This document shows, piece by piece, positions 38,701 through 52,477 of a stretch of 64,000 nt of DNA. The stretch is from Okamejei kenojei. Lineage: Eukaryota. The translations under genes were made by a program, and so were the position numbers. Under the pieces are notes generated by a model that saw only the letters and a list, made by a program, of their open reading frames with translations, was not told the origin of the DNA and did no database searches. Position 1 is the first letter of the stretch. Each line of letters begins with the position of its first letter. The DNA is taken from positions 40,424,001 through 40,488,000 of the forward strand of contig CM069149.1 of NCBI GenBank assembly GCA_035221665.1, read 5' to 3'.

Positions 38701-41700
38701 TTTTCGGCCGGTCGCCGGGACCGCTCTTGCATGGTACCCCAGATTGTGCAACACTCTAGCCCCAGTTCCCATCACTATGGAGGATACCTAGTTTTATCTT
38801 CATAGTTTTATCAACATTGCAGATTAGGGAAAACGTGTGGGCATGGAGTAAACTCCCTCGTACTGGGATCCAGAATGGTGCCAGGACCATCTTTCTCCAA
38901 CCAGGCCGCGAGTCTCGATTCTACCACCTGCCACTCAGGGCATCACAGTGGTGCATAGCAGAGGTAGAGTTGCTGCCTTACAGCACCAGAGACCCGGGTC
39001 CGACCCCGACTACGGGTGCTGTCTGTGCGGAGTTTGTACGTTCTCCCCGTGACCGCGTCGGTTCCCTACGGGTGCTCCGGTTTCCTCCCACATCCCAAAG
39101 ACGTGAATGTTTGTAGGTCAATTGTAAATTGTCCCAAGCGGGTAGGGTGGAACTAGTGCATGGGTAACCGCTGGTCAGCGTGGTTCGGTGGGCCGAACGA
39201 CCTGTTTCCACGCTGTGTCTCCAAAAATATTTTCAATTGAAGACCCAACAAGCAGAAGGGCATGAGACGCGTGATTTATTTAATCCTTCACTAATCCTTT
39301 TGCCGTATATCCTTCTATTTCAATAAACGTAATTTATTTGTAACTTTGGAGTGTTTATTCCCCATCATTGATTCAAAACGTTGAAACCGGCTGGCATCAT
39401 TGCAGTAGCTGAATCTGCCCCAGGTTCTGAGCAACTTGTACACTTGTGCAAGTTCTGTACTCTTCCAATCAATAAAATACCCAGAGTAGAAATCATTGTG
39501 ACAATAAACTGAACTAAACAAAAGAAAAAGTAAATCCAGGACAGCCTGTTTTTTTTTTTAATGGAGGTAATGCCCAACTTAGTATGTAGTTAGTATTTTA
39601 AGGCAGCAATAAGAAGAATTGATGAAGATAGACACAAAATGCTGGAGTGACTCGGCAGGGTCAGGCAGCATCTCTGGAGAAAAGAGATAGGTGACGTTTC
39701 AGGTCGAAATCCGAGTCAGGGGAGAGGGAAACTAGAGATATGAAGAGGCACAAAGAACAAATGAATGAATGGTATGCAAAAGGACAAATTAAAGCCAGCA
39801 ACAGTAATCCTACACAGAAGGATTGATGAGTTGACTTTAACGGGTCTTTGACAAAGATTTCATATGAGACTCTGATCAGTAGAATAAAGGCTTGTGTGTT
39901 CCAAGTGGAAGTAGCAAGTTGAATTTTGAACTTTGAATTTTCTCAATTCTGTTAACCCTTGCTGTCTCCTCCCCTTCCCACCTCTCCCTCAGCCCTTGGG
40001 CCCTGGCATTCCCTCTCTCTCTATCTCTCCCCCACCCAAGTCGCACTAGCTTCTCATTTTCACACTACAAACAGTTTACAATGGCTTGTTTCCATTATCA
40101 TCGATACTTTTTTGCATATCTTTCATTCATTGTTCTTTATCTCTCCACATCACCATCTATATTTCTCGTTTCCCTGATCCCTAACCAGTCTGAAGAAGTC
40201 GCCTATCTCCTTCGCTCCTTAGATGCTGCTGCACCCGCTGAGTTTCTCCAGCCTTTTGTGTACCCTCGATTCTCCAGCATCTGCAGTTCCTTCTTTAACA
40301 AACTGGTTAATATTTGCAGGAAGCAGAGGTTAGTGGTTGATTGGTAGTTTAGTGCCTGAAGGACTGTTCAGCATATTATGCTATCACCATCATGTTAGCA
40401 GTGCTAATTTGGAACGCAGTGGTGGAGCCAATATTGCAGGTTAGATTCCTATGGAGGACCAGATGTTGAGCAGCAGGATGGAAGCTCTCCAGTAGAGCTG
40501 GGAAAGCGACAATCAATTATGTGCAAGTTTGTTGCTGATTAACTTGCAGAGGAATATGGCGAAGGGACATGGATCAGGCAACCTGCCAGCAGTGGGAGTT
40601 GAGGAAGGAGGAGAGGAGCCGGTGGGTGGTCCCCTCCAACGGCGATGACATTTCGCTGTATTCTCCACAATGCCACAGAGGGCTTCACTTCACTGGCTTC
40701 AGGATCATTGACTTCTGCAACTCGCCCCCGATATACGGGATAGAACTAGTGTACGGGTGATCGCTGGTCGGTGCGGACCGACTCGATGGGCCGAAGGGCC
40801 TGTTTTCATGATGCACCTCTAACCCAAACTAAACTCTAAACTAAAGTAAGCCTCAGCAGCTGGTTCGAGATTCCTGTCTGGAATCCGTGCTGAAGAACAG
40901 AGCCAATGCTAAACAAATGGCGTTGTGGCGACTTCATGCCCACGTGGCTTCTAGCTACAGCTTGTTCCCGCTGCCTAGTAGCGAGCAGCCTCACGTGAGG
41001 GTCGAGAGAAGAGAGCTGAATAACAACTCCACGGTCAGACGGACTAATTGGCCCTATCTGCGCACGAGTAGTAATGAGGAGATTGTCTGTGGAATTCTCT
41101 GCCTCAGAGGGTGGTGGAGGCAGGTTCTCTGGATGCTTTCAAGAGAGAGCTAGATAGGGCTCTTAAAAATAGCAGAGTCAGGGGATATGGGGAGAAGGCA
41201 GGAACGGGGAACTGATTGGGGACGATCAGCCATGATCACATTGAATGGCGGTGCTGGCTCGAATGGCCTACTCCTGCACCTATTGTCTATTGTCTATTGT
41301 CTATTGTCTATTGAGATTTTATTAAACGAGCAATGAGGTGTTTGGCAAAGCTTGGTGTCGCTTGTCCTTTACTTTCAGCCGTGAGATTTAGTGGATTCTA
41401 CAGCGTTCTGCCACACAACAGCCTGATGGAGTCTGGTCAACTCAGAACCTGGGGCGGATTCAGCTACTGCAATTATGCTTCTGCATCATGGTCTCTTCTG
41501 GAGACTCCCTGCGATAAGTGGAAGAATGGGTCTCGGAATCCAAGGAAATCTATTGTATGAACCCTCATCAGTAAACTGCATACTGGACCACAGTGATGGA
41601 GGAGGTGGAACGGGGAAAAAGAGAGCAGCCAATGTCAGGATCGCCCACCTGGCTTGGCTCTTGGCTCTCAGACAATCTTCATTGTGTTTCCCAAATGTAT

Positions 41701-42649
41701 AATTCATTGGGGCATGCGCTACGGTGCGATGGCGCAGCGGTGGAGATGACCCGGGTTCGATCCTGACGGCTGTGCAGCCTGCAAGGAGTTTGTACGTTCT
41801 CCCCGTGACCTGCTTGGGTTTTCTCCAGGATCTCCTGTTTCCTCCCACACTCCAAAGGCATACGGGTTTCCAGGTTAATTGGCTTGGTTTAATTGTAAAT
41901 TGTCCCTCTTGTGTGTAGGATAGTGTTAGTGTGCAAGGATCGCTGGTCGGCACGGGCCGAAGGGCTTGTTTCCCCGCTGTATCTCTAAACTAAACTAAAT
42001 TACACAGTCACTTGTGCATGTCCCTTTCTACCTTAATTCTAATATAATAATAATTGGAGCCCACTTGCCCACAATAACTCACGCACTTGAACGACAAAAA
42101 CTGAGCAACTTTCATCTCGTCACTGCCAACTCCGTACACACAACGTCTACAGTCAGGATCGAACCTGGGTCTCTGGCACTGTAAGGCAGCAACACTACCG
42201 CCACACGACCATGCCACAATGGAGAAAGCCCAGGACAGAAAGGTCAGTAAGGGAAAGGGAAGAGGAGTTAAAATCTGGAATAGCAACTTCCCCACAGACA
42301 TCAGGCTATTAAACTTGGCTTCGTCAAAACTCTGAACATTAATACCCCTTTATCTGTTAATTGCACTTTATCAATTTATTTATTCATGTGTGTATTTGCG
42401 TATATAATGGTATATGGACACACTGATCTGTTTTGTAGTCAATGCCTACTATGTTCTGTTGTGCTGAAGCAAAGAAAGAATTTCACTGTCCTGTCAGGGA
42501 CACACGACAATAAACTCTTTTGACTCTTTTGACTCTTTGACTCCATCTATCCTTTGGTGTGCCTTTGCCTGTCCTATCACTGGCAGGGCTGCCCCAGTGG
42601 ATGGTAGAAGGATGGCAAATGGCCTTTCAGATTAGTTTCAGGCAGCTCT

Positions 42650-43345
42650 AGACAATAGGTGCAGGAGTAGGCCTTCAAGCCAGCACCGCCATTCACTGAT
42701 CTGAAAATGGCTGATCATCCACACTCAGTACCCCGTTCCTGCCTTTTCCCCACATCTCCTGATTTCGCTATCTTTAAGAGCTCTATCCAACTCTCTCTTG
42801 AAAGCATATGGAGAATTGGCCTCCACTGCCTTCTGAGGCAGAGAATTCCACACATTCACAACTCTCTGGGTGAAAAACGTTTTCCGCATCTCCGTTCTAA
42901 ATGGCCTGCCCCTTATTCTTAAACTGTGGCCCCTGTTTCTGGACTCCCCCAACATCGGGAACGTGTTTCCTGCGTCTAGCGTGTCCAAACAAGCCCAGCT
43001 GCTCCATTCTATCAATATTTAATAGTCCCGCCATCCAAGGAATTAACCTCGTGAATCTACGCTGCACTCCCTCAAGAGCAAGAATGTCTTTCCTCAAATT
43101 TGGAGAGCTAAACTGCACACAATATTCCAGGTGTGGTCTCACTAGGGTCCTGCACAACTGCAGAAGGACGACTGCTCCAATACTCAACTCCTCTTGTTAA
43201 GAAGGCTAACATGCCATTCACTCTCTTCACTGCCTGCTGTACCTGCATGCTTACTTTCAGTGACTGATGAACAAGGACCCCCAGATCTCGTTACACTTCC
43301 CCTTTTCCCAATTTGACACCATTCGGATAATAATCTGCCTTCCTG
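42650..43345 (-). mobile_element. CR1-type LINE fragment
   Basis: [36 protein letters not shown]...RGHSLRIRGRPFRTEMRKTFFTQRVVNVWNSLP. Confidence 0.9.
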
Positions 43346-46084
43346 TTTTTGCCACCAAAGAGCAAGGCCCTCAGAATAAAATATTCAGGCAATAGAATAG
43401 GTACCCAAAAGGTATAAGTACCCAAAGGCAACTGTCAGGACCCTAGTGCAGTGGGTGACATTAGAAATGGAGTCATGCAGAATATTGCTGGTTCATTCTC
43501 ACTTGCACTTAAGCAGTAAATGCTTGCATTTGCGAGTTCACGTTGTAGGAGTAGAATTAGGCCATTTGGCCCATCGATTCTGCTCCGCCATTCAATTATG
43601 GATGATCTCTGCCTCTTAATCCCATTTTCCTGCCTTCTCCCCAGAACCCTTGACACCCGTTCTAATCTAGAATTTGCCATCTCTGCCTTGTCGAAAATAT
43701 TGCCACCACTTGCTAAACAATTGCATTGACCAGTCAGGTCAATTGGTCTATATTGTTCCTTATTGTGAAGAATAAGTCTTCAGAAGTGACCCAACCCTAA
43801 ATCATTCCCTGTCCATGTTCTCCGGAGGTGCTGCCTGACCAGTCGAGTTACTCCAGCACGTTGTGTCTTTTTTTTTGTAACCCAGCATCTGCAGTTCCTT
43901 TTTTTCTACTTGTTGCTTATTCTGTTGGATAAGGAAAACACAACAATTCCAACCAACCACTCTGGCAGAGTTTAGTTTAGTTTAGAGATATAGTGCGGAA
44001 ACAGGCCCTCTAGCTCACTGAGTCTACGCCCACCAGTGCTCCCCGCACACTAACACACTTCTGCTTCTGCTTGCTACTGCACAACTGCCAACAGCTGGGC
44101 AATCTCGTGCAGGTTTCGCTCGCATGGGCACTGGTTGCAAAAAGGGTTATTTAGATTTTTATGTGGGCAGGTTTGGTGAGATGATCCATGTCCAAGTTGT
44201 CGAGCTGTGACTTGAAGAGTGACAAGGCTGGTGCACATCTGGTGGTGTCGGGAAGGATGCTCCACTCTGGGATAGGCCATGGATATAGTGACTGTAGATA
44301 GCTATTTTTGTTTGCTCTAATTCTATTATTAGATAAAATTACCTACAAATTGTCTTGTAGATTTCTGGGTATTGGATTGAATGAGGTGAGATATGTTACT
44401 GGGGATGTTGCCATGAGTCTCCTTGTAGACAGTACGTAAGTGGGCTTTGGTGTGTTTTGACTCCAGTGACTCCCAGCCAAGGCCTACACGCACTTGTGAC
44501 AATTTACAATTATACCAAGCCAAGTAACCTTTGGAGTGTGGGAGGAAAACTGGAGATCCCGGAGAAAACCCGCACAGGTCACGGGAAGAACGTGCAAACT
44601 CCGTACAGACAACGCCTACAGTCAGGATCGAACCTGGGTCTCTGGCACTGTAAGGCAGCAACACTACCGCTGCACCACCGTGCCACAATGGAGAAAGCCC
44701 AGGACAGAAAGGTCAGTAAGGGAATGGGAAGAGGAGTTAAAATGGTTAGTTATGTGTCCTTTTATGTAAACCAGCATCTGCAGTTCCTTGTTCCTACATT
44801 ATTAGAAATAAGTTCCTAGTGGAAACTCCATCAACTTTAAGTATGCAACACCACAATCTGCTTTATGGATTATATATGACTGCCCTATTGAAAAGAAAAA
44901 CTAGTACTTCAATCTAGGATACAGATGACATAGCGTAGATAGATAAATTCATCCCAAAACTCTGTAATCCTGTGCGTAAAAGTGGGCGGCACGGTGGCGT
45001 AGCAGTAGAGCGTCAAAGACCCGGGTTCGATCTTGACTACGGGTGCTTGTCTATACGGATTTTGTACGTTCTCCTCGTAACCTGCATGGGTTTTCTCCGG
45101 GATCTTTGGTTTCCTCCCACACTCCAAAGACGTAGAGTTTTGCAAACGAATTGGCTTGGTATAGAAGCAAATTGTCCCTCCTGTGTGTAGGAGAGCGTTA
45201 GTGTGCGGGGATCGCTGGTCGGCGCGGATTCGGTGGGCCAAAGAGCGTGTTTCCGCGCTGTATCTCCAACCTAACCTACACCAAGTTCAAATGGTGATTT
45301 GACCCTTTGCGACCCACATACCTCCACCTAGCTCAATTTTCTTGCAAGGGTTCATTGAGATATAACTGCTCTTAACTCCCATTTATTCCAATGCTATTTA
45401 TAACGCTCTTGGGACATGGTGAAACATCTCGTTAAAATCCGTCAACATCATCTCTTCGACACTCCTTGTTGACTCCTCAAATACTTCAATTAAATCGTTC
45501 AATTGTGACTTTCCCAGGGTTAATCTAGATTTACCTGCTGTTGACTCATGGTACTCTGCTTTCAACAGCCCCAGTAAGTTTGGTCTATCTTGATAAAGGA
45601 AATATAGAGCTATTTAGAAAGGGGACACAAAGCATTCTTTTTGGAACAGCTTGTATCAGTAAATCACTCCCTTTATTCTCGAGACATAGATTGTTTGAGT
45701 TATGCACACCAGATTCAAAGAATTCCACAGGATAGGCAAACCTGCAAAAATTCCTAACTGTTTCAGAGCCTGATCGGTCGTCTTCTAATTTTACTCAATA
45801 AGGAGCCATTCTTTTGTAAAATGTAAAATATTTGAGGAAGGGAATTTTTTTTTCATCTTGCAACAGCGCTATTAAATCATTCTCCTTGGAACAAACCCAT
45901 TTGGCCCAGCAATGTATTTTTTAGGGGTGATTGAGGCTGGATAGGATTGCACTGTGGTAGAATAAAGACACTCCTGTGCACTGTAAATCACAAGCACTCT
46001 CTCTCTGTTCATTGTGGAGACTTTTGCCAGCTCCTTGAAACAAGGTAAAGTTAGCAAGGTGGATGGTGTTTTCTTAATTTTCAA

Positions 46085-47245
46085 GTCAGGAGAGTCATTG
46101 GTGATTAATCTGTGGAATTCATTGCCACAGAAGGCAATGGAGGCCAAGTTAATGTATATTTTTAAGGTGGAGATTGACAGATTCGTGTCAGGGGTATATG
46201 GGGAGAATGATTTGGATAAGGGGATTGAAGGCTTTGTGACCAAGTTTGCAGATGATGTTAAGATAGGTGGAGGGGCAGGCAGTGTAGAGGAAGCAAGGAC
46301 TCTGTAGAAGGACTTGGACAGGTTCGGGGAGTGGGCAGAGAAGTGGCAGATTAAATTCAGTGCAGCAAAGTGTGGAGTCAGGCATTTTGGTAATAAATAG
46401 AGAGAGAATCCAGAATTCTGAGGTGCAAAGGGAGTGGTGGTGCAAGACTCCCAAAAAGTTAATTTGCAAGACGAATCAGTAGTAAGGAAGGCAAATTAAA
46501 TGCTAGCATTCATATCAAGAGGACCTGAAGACAAAAACAGGGATGTGATGCTGAGACTCTATAAGGCCCTGGGTCAGGCCGCATTTGGAGAACTGTGAGC
46601 AGTTGTGGGCCCCATATCTGAGGAAGGATGTGCTGGCTCTCGAGACGGTCCAGAGGAGGTTTACGAAAATGATTCCAGGAATGAGTGGGTTAGCATATGA
46701 TGAGCGTTTGACAGCACTGGGCCCCTACTCGCTGGAGCGTAGAAGGTTGAGGGGGGACCTCATTGAAACTTACAGCATAATGAAAGGCATAGATAGAGTG
46801 GATGTGGAAAGAAATGTTTCCACTGGAAGGAGAATCTAGGACCAGAGGTCATAGCTTCAGAATTAAAGGGCGCTCTTTTAGAAAGGAGGAACTTCTTTAG
46901 TCACAGGGTAGTTAATCTGTGGAATTCATTTCCACAGGGGGCTGTGGAGGCCGTCAGTGGATATTTTTAAGGCAGAGATAGACAAATTCTTGATTAGAAC
47001 AGGTGTCAAGGATTACGGGGTGAAGGCCAGAAAATGGGATTAGGAGGCAGAGATCAGCAATGATTGAATGGTGGAGTAAACTCAATGGGCCGAATGGCCT
47101 AATTCTACTCCTATAACTTGTAACTTGTGAACTTGTGAGAAGGCAGGAGAATGGGGTTGAGAGGGAAAGATAAATCAGCCATGATTGAATGGCAGAGTAG
47201 ACTTGATGGGCCGAATGTCCTAATTCTGCTCCCATCACTTATGAA
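46085..47245 (+). mobile_element. CR1-type LINE fragments including RT KFADD motif, with duplicated 3' end
   Basis: NDLDKGIEGFVTKFADDVKIGG; LWAPYLRKDVLALETVQRRFTKMIPG; two tandem 3' UTRs at about 47020-47245. Confidence 0.88.
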
Positions 47246-48772
47246 CTTCCTACAACAAAACAATGACATTCTTACTTGCTGCAGCTTAACAGGCCGGTAA
47301 ACGCAATGACAACATTGTTACATAATACTTAAAATACTACAAATGAATACCGTGATATCAGGGACCCGTTATCATGTAAAAACCGAAGTCCGTAGTGCAA
47401 GCGAGGGCTCAGTTCACAGAAGGGATAGCATGGTGGTGCAATGGTAGAGCTGCTGGCGCACAGCACCAGAGATCTGGGTTCAAACCTAACTACGGGTGCT
47501 GTCTGTGTGGAGTTTGTGCGTTCTCTCTGTGACCACGCGGGTTGTTTCCGGGTGCTCCGGTTTCCTTCCACATCCCAAAGACGTGCTGGTTTGTAGCTGA
47601 ATTGGCTTGTGTAAATCACCCCTAGTGTGAAGAACTGGTGTGTGTCTGATCGCTGGTCAGCGTGGACTCAGTGGGCCGAAAGGCACGTTTCCCCGTTGTA
47701 TCTCGAAACTATCCAAACTCTCTAAACTCTAAAGGTCATAGATGCTGATGTTAGTGCTGTGCAGTGTTCAAGAGCCTGATGGTTGTTGGGAAGAAGCTGT
47801 TCTTGAACCTGGTGACCATGGTTTTCAGGCTCCTGGACCAACTTGTCGATGGGAGCAGGGAAATGAGAAAACGTCCAGGGTGGTGTGGTTCTTTGATGAT
47901 AATGGGTACCTTTTGAGGCAGCACTACTAATAGATCCCTTTTACGGTGGGGAGGTCAGTCCCTGTGATGGACCAGGCAATATGTATCACTATAGTCTACT
48001 ACACTCCTGGGCATTCCAATTACTGAACCAGGCCGTGATGTACCCAGTTAGTGTGCTCTCCCTGAACCACCCTTGTAACATGTACAAAGTACCAATTTGC
48101 TGGCTTGTTTTCCAAAGAAAAAAAGGTTGGACATTTTACGAAAAGTATTTGTGTCGCGGGGAACTGCAGATGCTGGTTTAAACTGAAGACAGACACTAAA
48201 AGCTGGAGTAACTCAGCAGGTCAGGCAGCACCTCTTGAGAAAAGGGACAGGTGACGTTTTGGGTCGAGACCCTTCTTCAGACTGAGAGTCAGGGGAGAGG
48301 AAAACGAAATATAGACAGTATATGAATGGAAGTTATGCAAAAAGCAATGATAATCAAGGAAATGTGGTCCATTGTCAGCTGTGGGATAAGTTATATCGAG
48401 TTATACAGGTCGACAGTAAAACTAGTGCGGCAACTAGTGCGGGAAATGTATGAGGTTGGCCAATGCTATTTCAGCCAGAAATACTTTGCAGAATTACAAT
48501 GTTTTCACACAAGATTGTGCAGTGCATTTCAGTTCAGTTTATTGTCACATGAACTGAGGTACAGTGGAAAGCAAAATACATAATTAAAATAAGATAGTAA
48601 ATCAATAGTATTGCAATAAACAACTGAGAACTTGCCCTTTCATCAGAGATTTAGCAAATGGGCATCTAATTAACAAAGATTAATTTTCAACCAGCTCAGG
48701 GGTCGAGTTCTATTATTTGTCACTGAGCCAGCTGGAGGGGAGGTGTGTCTTAAAGATTAACTCGTGAAGCAC

Positions 48773-48780
48773 TATTTAAG
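48773..48780 (+). promoter_or_regulatory. Candidate TATA-like box of the SLC13A1-like gene
   Basis: TATTTAAG about 60 nt upstream of a Kozak-context ATG (GCCATGG) in repeat-free sequence. Confidence 0.4.
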
Positions 48781-48834
48781 CTTCAGAAGAACCATTGACT
48801 TGGAGCAGTTAGCTCTGACAATTCGCCTCAAGCC

Positions 48835-48933
48835 ATGGGTTTACCCAGTCATGTCTGGTGCTTCCGAAAGTTGATCATTATTTTGTTCGTTCCTCTGTTA
48901 TTCCTGCCGCTGCCTCACATCGTCAAGACTAAA
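48835..48933 (+). CDS. SLC13A1: SLC13A1-like exon 1
   Basis: MGLPSHVWCFRKLIIILFVPLLFLPLPHIVKTK|gtaaga, 99 nt. Confidence 0.88.
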
Positions 48934-51535
48934 GTAAGAGATTTGTTGGCCAAATATCTACTGCGCTAAATAGACTTGTTTTGCTTTTCCACCTTTGCTG
49001 CTATTAATCTTATGGTCAGCATAATGGTCAGCATTATGTTGAAATGATCTTTTCTACATCACGGCAGCTTGCCAACAGACTACTTTCTCTATGAGGGACC
49101 ATTAATGCAGGGATTTATTTTTAAGATGATTTTAATTTTGATTTCAGCACCATCTGCGTTATATTGTACCATATTGTCATTTATATTGTCATTTCCAGAT
49201 TTTAAAAAAAAATGTTGAAGGTAAATGTTCTGGTAATGCAAAATCATCTCAAATCAAATCTATGAAATCAAAACAAAATGATATTCTGAAATGTAATTTT
49301 CAATTCCCTAATACAGACTAGGCAAACAAAGAAGTGTATGTCCCGGTCCCAAGATCAAGTGTTTTAATTACATTTTGTGTTAAAAAGTATTTTAAAATGT
49401 CAATGGCAACACCAATTTGAAGGGTCTATGGTCAATAAGGTTTAGTCTACTTGCCTGAGTTGTCTCCTGCCTTCTTCTATGCTCACTGTGATACACTTGT
49501 CACTGTCACCTAGTCCAATTTCTAGATATTACTGGACTGTGAGTTTCATGAAACCTACAGCTCGAAATCATGATAATCGATAAAGGGCAGCGGGGTGGTG
49601 CAGCGGTAGAGCTATTTCCTTACAGCGCCAAAGTCCCAGGTTCAACCCTGACTACGGGTGCTGTCTGGACAGAGTTTGTCCGTTCTCCCCGTGACCTGCG
49701 TGGGTTTTCTCCAAGATCTTCGGATTCCTCCCACACTCCCAAGACGTACAGGTTTGTAGGTTAATTGGCTTGGTATAAATGTAAATTGTCCCTAGTGTGT
49801 GTCGGATAGTGTTAATGTGCGGGGATCGCTGGTCAGTGCAGACTCATTGGGCCGCAGGGCCTGTTTCCGTGCTGTATCTCTAAACTAAACTAAACTGCAG
49901 AATGGCAATAGATTCCACAAGATACTCCACCTACTTTACTAATGCAGCAAAGACACAGAACACAATTGGGCTGTATCTCTAAACCAAACTAAACTAGAAA
50001 GTCAATTCTTAATGAATGAATAGAAATGTCTTTTATTTTTTTGGGGGTTAAAGTGTTGGCATGGGATCGGGGGATGTCGGGTGTCATGGCTGTTGTGACT
50101 GTGTGCTGGGATTATCTGGTACAAATATACCTCTCTTTATTTAAATTCTTTCTGGTAGCTGATTTTCACAAAAGAGAAGCCTTCTTGACTTGTTGCGACT
50201 CAAACAGTGCTTGAATACAGAAAATGTTTTGAAGCACAATATTTTGTGTACAAGGAAACTGATACCGGGATGCATTTTCAACTGAGCCTTGCCTGGTCCA
50301 AGGTTCTGAAGTTTTCAAAGCTGAATGGAAGTCAACTTACACAGCTTTGAATTCCTGATTCAAGGAATTGTAACAAGCAGACTGACACTGATCAGGTTTG
50401 CAACCAAAGAAGGCATACGTAGAGCATAGAACCGTACAGCATAGGCACAGGCCCGCAATGTCGAACAACTAATATCCTCTGCATGCACGTGTTCAAAATT
50501 GACGGTCCCTTTGTGGAATTGACGGAAGTGACAGTGGGTGGGAATGGAAAGTTGACGTTTTGGGTTGAGACCCTTCTTCAGAATTCTCCAATCTGTCGCT
50601 CCTATTGATAGCAGATTTAAGAAGGTCCTTCCCTGGATGAAACCGCTTCTGAACTTTGAGAAACGTGGTTGGGTTTAGAGAAAAAAGGAAACAATGACAA
50701 AACCAAACATTGGTAACTCTGGTGTACCTTTTCAAAGCAGCTCTATGCAAAAGTAGGTATCTTTTTATAATACGGACATTTAGGTATAACATGAAAATAT
50801 GTATTCATTGAGATTCTCAAATGAAAATCAAGTGAGTTCTGGCCAACTGGTAATGAAATTGATTTAGCTCACTGCAACATCTAAAATCAAACTAACTGCA
50901 TGATTTTGCAGTCTCTTGCCCAGAGTAAGTGAATCGAGGACACGAGGACATAGGTTTAAGGTGAAGGGGAAAAGGTTTAGGAGGAATGTGAGGGGTAACT
51001 TTTTCACACAAAGGGTGGTGGGTGTATGGAACAAGCTGCTATAGGAGGTAGTTGAGGCAGGGACTATCCCAACGTTTAAGAAACAGTAGGACAGGTACAT
51101 GGATAGGCCGGGTTTGGAGGGATATGGACCAAATGTGGGCAGTTGGGATTAGTGTAGTTGGGACATGTTGGTCAGTGTGGGCACGTTGGGTCAAAGGGTT
51201 TGTTTCCACACTCTGTCACTCTATGACTATGATTTATGACCAGCTGCAAACTTTCTGATTTGGATTTGCATGTCTGGAATTCGCTTTCTTAAAATTATTC
51301 AGCAAAATTAAGAAGTCAAGAATTCACAGAATCTTTTTTTTTGGGAGCAAACTTAATTCAAAGTTAACACTTGGAGGGTTGAACTGCAGAGTTCTGTTGA
51401 TGTTATAGTGGCGATGGTTAGTTCATTGATGATACAGCAAGTGAATCTCAGGAATAACAAAAACAGCTCTATCTTTTTTTGAATTTGCAATTGATATTGA
51501 TTCTACTGTTTGTTATTCTCTCTCCTGGTCAAAAG

Positions 51536-51665
51536 GAGTCTGAATGTGTTTTCGCAATGCTGGTTGTGGCGGTATTTTGGCTAACTGAAGCCATGCCGCT
51601 TTCTGCAACAGCTTTACTCCCGGCACTCATGTACCCTCTCTTTGGCAATCATGAAATCCTCGGAG
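51536..51665 (+). CDS. SLC13A1: SLC13A1-like exon 2 (130 nt, frameshifted)
   Basis: aaaag|GAG; ESECVFAMLVVAVFWLTEAMPLSATALLPALMYPLFG, extra A at 51647/8, then IMKSSE|gtgagt in the shifted frame. Confidence 0.9.
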
Positions 51666-52233
51666 GTGAGTTACGGTACAAACCTTATGCAAATGAACAC
51701 TCCACTAACAAGCAAAACAAAGATTAGTCTGAAGAAGGGTCTCGCCCCGAAATGCCACCCATTCCTTCTCTCCAGAGATGCTGCCTGTCCCGCTGAGTTA
51801 CTCCAGCTTTTTTGTGTCTATCTTCAGTTTAAAGCAGCATCTGCAGTTCCTTCCTGCACAAGATAAGGGAATAAAATTTAGTGCATGGTAAAGCCAGTAA
51901 ATAGTCTGAGGGTCACCAATGAGGTAGATAGTAGATCAGGGCTGCTCTCTAGTTGCGGTACGATGGTTCAGTTGCCTGATAACAGCTGGGAAGAAACTGT
52001 CATCTGCGATCGCGCATTACAATAATTCCGCTCTTTTAAATCTCCATCCCGACAGCAACATTTCTTCTGTACACTGTGGATGGATCAATAGTATCATGTA
52101 TTTTCTTTCTGCCAACTGGTTAGCACACAACTAAAATTTCTCGCTGTATCTTGTGACTATAAACAAAACTAAATTAAACAACAAAAATGTAAAACAACAT
52201 TGTCCCAGATAATGTGGTCAGGAGCAAGGTAAC

Positions 52234-52477
52234 TTCAGATAGCCCTTGCCTTTTCTCTCCATTCCCTTTCCATTTCCCATTCCCCCACCAGTCTTACTGT
52301 CTCCGCCTACATTCTATCTTTGTCCCGCCCCCTCCCCTGACATCAGTCTGAAGAAGGGTCTCGACCCGAAACGTCGCCCATTCCTTCTCTCCAGAGATGC
52401 CGCCTCACCCGCTGAGTTACTCCAGCATTTTGTGTCTACCTTCGATTTAAACCAGCATCTACAGGTCTTTCTGACAC
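52234..52477 (+). mobile_element. Penelope-like 3' fragment with 11-bp TSD
   Basis: AGCAAGGTAAC duplicated at 52223-33 and 52478-88; contains an intact hammerhead core. Confidence 0.8.
52348..52375 (+). ncRNA. Minimal type I hammerhead ribozyme core (intact, sense to the SLC13A1-like pre-mRNA)
   Basis: CUGAAGA-A-GGGUC-UC-GACCC-GAAA-CG-UC. Confidence 0.72.

Noticed and set aside
41281-41313. (TATTGTC)n tandem repeat as an independent feature
   Set aside because: It is the 3' tail of the adjacent CR1 fragment.
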